Positions 61,635 through 64,000 of a DNA stretch of 64,000 bases are shown piece by piece (the stretch's first letter is position 1; every line of letters starts with the position of its first letter). Location: contig CP143273.1 in NCBI GenBank assembly GCA_051013385.1, positions 1,280,001 to 1,344,000 on the forward strand. The letters are read 5' to 3'. The notes under the pieces are model-generated. The model saw nothing but the letters and a program-made list of their open reading frames with translations, did not search any database and was not told the DNA's origin. The translations under genes and the position numbers were made by a program. This DNA is from Phormidium sp. (GTDB lineage Bacteria; Cyanobacteriota; Cyanobacteriia; Cyanobacteriales; Aerosakkonemataceae).

Positions 61635-62246
61635 TTATTGCTCCCCTGCTCCCTTCACCATCCAAACTAAAAACCCTAAAATTTGTTCCACAGGCGGTAA
61701 AGGATAATCTGTAAGCTCGATTGTTACCGTCTTTTCCTCTAATTTTAAAAATCGCCATTGTGTACCGCTAGAAACAGTACCGTAAATCGTTTTTATTGGT
61801 TTATTTTTCGCTTGATTAAACTTTTGGGCAGCGATCATTTCGGCAATACATTGTCCGATTCCTGACTTAAGATCAGACTTTTTCGCCTCAACAATAACAA
61901 CAGCAGGTGCTTCTACCACAAGTTGTTCGGGAGAAAGACTAATTAAAAACTCGCATACGCCATTAAGTCCAGCCGCAACATCGACGTTAAATTCTTCACC
62001 GGAAAACAAGCTAATTTTCTGATTCAGAATGCGTCGCACTTCCAACAAAACCGGATTAATAATTACTTCCGAACGTGCTTTTTCGGTGTCAACTGCGATC
62101 GCCCAAGGTAATTCTTCTAAAATTCCCATCAATCTTGGACTTGGTGGAATTCGTTCAACATCAACAGGGAAAAACCTAGTTCCTTCGACAGTTGACAAAT
62201 TAAAATCTTCTTTAACCTTACTCAAAGTGAATTGACTGTAGGGCAT
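61635..62246 (-). CDS. Hypothetical PD-(D/E)XK-like protein
   Basis: TEKARSE..P, LNGVCEF, VEAKK, GQCIAEMIAA; start MPYSQF at 62246. Confidence 0.7.
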   Translation of the reverse strand: MPYSQFTLSKVKEDFNLSTVEGTRFFPVDVERIPPSPRLMGILEELPWAIAVDTEKARSEVIINPVLLEVRRILNQKISLFSGEEFNVDVAAGLNGVCEFLISLSPEQLVVEAPAVVIVEAKKSDLKSGIGQCIAEMIAAQKFNQAKNKPIKTIYGTVSSGTQWRFLKLEEKTVTIELTDYPLPPVEQILGFLVWMVKGAGEQ

Positions 62247-62260
62247 ATTTAAATTAAACC

Positions 62261-64000
62261 TCACAAAGTCCGCCAAATCTTAACCGTTTTATCCTCACTT
62301 CCACTAGCAAAAGTTTGTCCATCAGGACTAACAGCTAAGGAATAAACCCATTTTTGATGTCCGGTTAAAGTACCTAATAATTTCCCTGTTTTTAGATGCC
62401 ATAATCTAATTGTATTATCCTTACTGCCGCTAATCAAAGTTTTGCCATCAGGACTAAAAGCTAAGGACAAAACCCAATCAGAATGACCCATGAAAGTTCG
62501 CAAAAGTTTTCCTGTTTGTAAGTTCCAAAGTTTAATAGTATTGTCATCACTACCACTAGCCAACATTTCTCCATCAGGGCTAATTACTACCGATCGCACC
62601 CAGTCAAAATGCCCTTCCAAATTATGAATTAATTCCCCACTTTGCAGATGCCAAACTTTTACCGTTTTATCTCCTCCACTACTAGCAAACTTCTCGCCAT
62701 CAGGACTAATAGCCAAAGAATAAACCCACTTTTTATGTCCGGGAATACTGTGTAAAGGTTCCCCAGTTTCTAACTGCCAAGTTTTGATTTTGTGACTCCC
62801 ACTAATCAGCGTTTTTCCATCAGGACTAATAGCTAAAGAATAAATCCATTTATTATGTCCAGCTAAAGTGCGAATTAATTCACCAGTTTGTAATTGCCAA
62901 ATTTTGATACAACTGCGATCGCTAGTCCGATGACTACTAGCTAAAATCTGTCCATCAGGACTAACATTAATGGCTAAAACTCTGCCATAATTACCATTTA
63001 AAGTCTGCAATAATTCCCCAGTCCCTAAATGCCACAATTTAATAGTATTATCATCCCCGCCACTCGCCAAAGTACTCCCATCATGACTCACAGCAACCGA
63101 AGAAGCTTTTCCCGAATGTCCATTTAAAGTATGAATAATCGAAATATTCTCTACTTTCAAATCATCTCGATTTTTGCTAATTACACTCAGATTATTGGGA
63201 ATCTTAATTAAGCTTGTTTGGCTTTTCTCTATTCCTGAAGTTTTACTGCTTAAATCTTCTAATACCGTTAACAAGCGGCATACTTGTTTCAGACAAGATT
63301 CATCCCCTATTGCTACTAAGCAAGCTTTAATATTCTCTAAAAAATTGCGGTCTTCGACGGTAATTAACGATTGTACAGTTTCTAAGGAAACATTGCTTTC
63401 ATTTAGTGGGATTCGCTTCTGCTTCAACCAAAATTTTATTGCATAATTAATTTGTTCTGTCGCCCAATATTTATCAGCTAAAACAGTTAAACTCTTAGCC
63501 AGGTTTACCGATGACTCCAAAACTCGATCGGGTGCGTCATTCTCCCATTTACTAAACAGATTACTATAAAAGGAAATACCGATTTGTAGCAAATCTTCTG
63601 GTGCTTTTGGGTTGAGTTTCGGCAGTAATTTTGGTAAAACGGGGGTAATTTTATAATTAACTAAATGATGCAAATCTGCCATCCAACCCGCCAAAAAACA
63701 ATGATAACCAATTAACCATTTTAACAAAGTTTGCCAATCTTGTTCATTGCATTGATATGGTAAATTCAAATCTTTAGTAACAATCCCCAGGTCTTGCCAT
63801 TTTAACTCTTTTTCTAAAACTTCTAAATTCTTGACATTCTCGCCACCCAATTCCTGAATTTCTGCTAAACTGACACCACAAGCCAACAATTTACTTGCAG
63901 TTTCTCGCCACTGCAAAGCACGTTTTTTTGTCGCCGCATCAACCATTTCCAGATAAGGAAAATGAGAAATAATTGTTTGATAAGAATATGTATGTTCAGC
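62261..64000 (-). CDS. WD40 repeat protein (5' partial)
   Basis: About seven GH...W repeats (LASGSDDNTIKLW); the frame stays open from 63946 to the window edge. Confidence 0.9.
   Translation of the reverse strand, partial: AEHTYSYQTIISHFPYLEMVDAATKKRALQWRETASKLLACGVSLAEIQELGGENVKNLEVLEKELKWQDLGIVTKDLNLPYQCNEQDWQTLLKWLIGYHCFLAGWMADLHHLVNYKITPVLPKLLPKLNPKAPEDLLQIGISFYSNLFSKWENDAPDRVLESSVNLAKSLTVLADKYWATEQINYAIKFWLKQKRIPLNESNVSLETVQSLITVEDRNFLENIKACLVAIGDESCLKQVCRLLTVLEDLSSKTSGIEKSQTSLIKIPNNLSVISKNRDDLKVENISIIHTLNGHSGKASSVAVSHDGSTLASGGDDNTIKLWHLGTGELLQTLNGNYGRVLAINVSPDGQILASSHRTSDRSCIKIWQLQTGELIRTLAGHNKWIYSLAISPDGKTLISGSHKIKTWQLETGEPLHSIPGHKKWVYSLAISPDGEKFASSGGDKTVKVWHLQSGELIHNLEGHFDWVRSVVISPDGEMLASGSDDNTIKLWNLQTGKLLRTFMGHSDWVLSLAFSPDGKTLISGSKDNTIRLWHLKTGKLLGTLTGHQKWVYSLAVSPDGQTFASGSEDKTVKIWRTL

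Noticed and set aside
1..64000. High frequency of GCGATCGC
   Set aside because: This is the well-known cyanobacterial HIP1; it is only noteworthy where it coincides with breakpoints

Overview
Chromosomal window from a cyanobacterium, probably filamentous. The evidence is abundant HIP1 GCGATCGC sites, heptamer tandem repeats, petJ and cyanobacterial glgA. Most genes are stress or housekeeping genes: petJ next to a PetR/PetP-like copper switch, glgA, a poly-HAMP hybrid kinase-CheR-CheB-kinase operon, dps, recX, a GH31 glucosidase, a general-stress cluster at 38.5-44.6 kb, and a paoABC/xdhC/mocA molybdoenzyme cluster. The 20.2-29.9 kb region is a decayed accessory patchwork. It holds gene chimeras, antitoxin-like genes without toxins, a type IIG R-M gene frameshifted in an A8 run, and a lipoxygenase. 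The best candidates for new biology are: (1) a ferrosome(fez)-like three-gene operon whose P1B ATPase has non-canonical membrane motifs and a C-terminal HTH-like domain; (2) a variable-LRR/DUF6745-like protein paired with a small His-rich QGDV protein; (3) a recurring TCTAYC-N4-GRTWGA palindrome upstream of many stress genes; (4) a short palindromic element inserted in frame in the R-M gene; and (5) deletions that break at HIP1 sites, including apparent loss of the PaoA export signal. No rRNA, tRNA, CRISPR array or transposase was seen. All family calls come from motif recognition by eye, not database searches.
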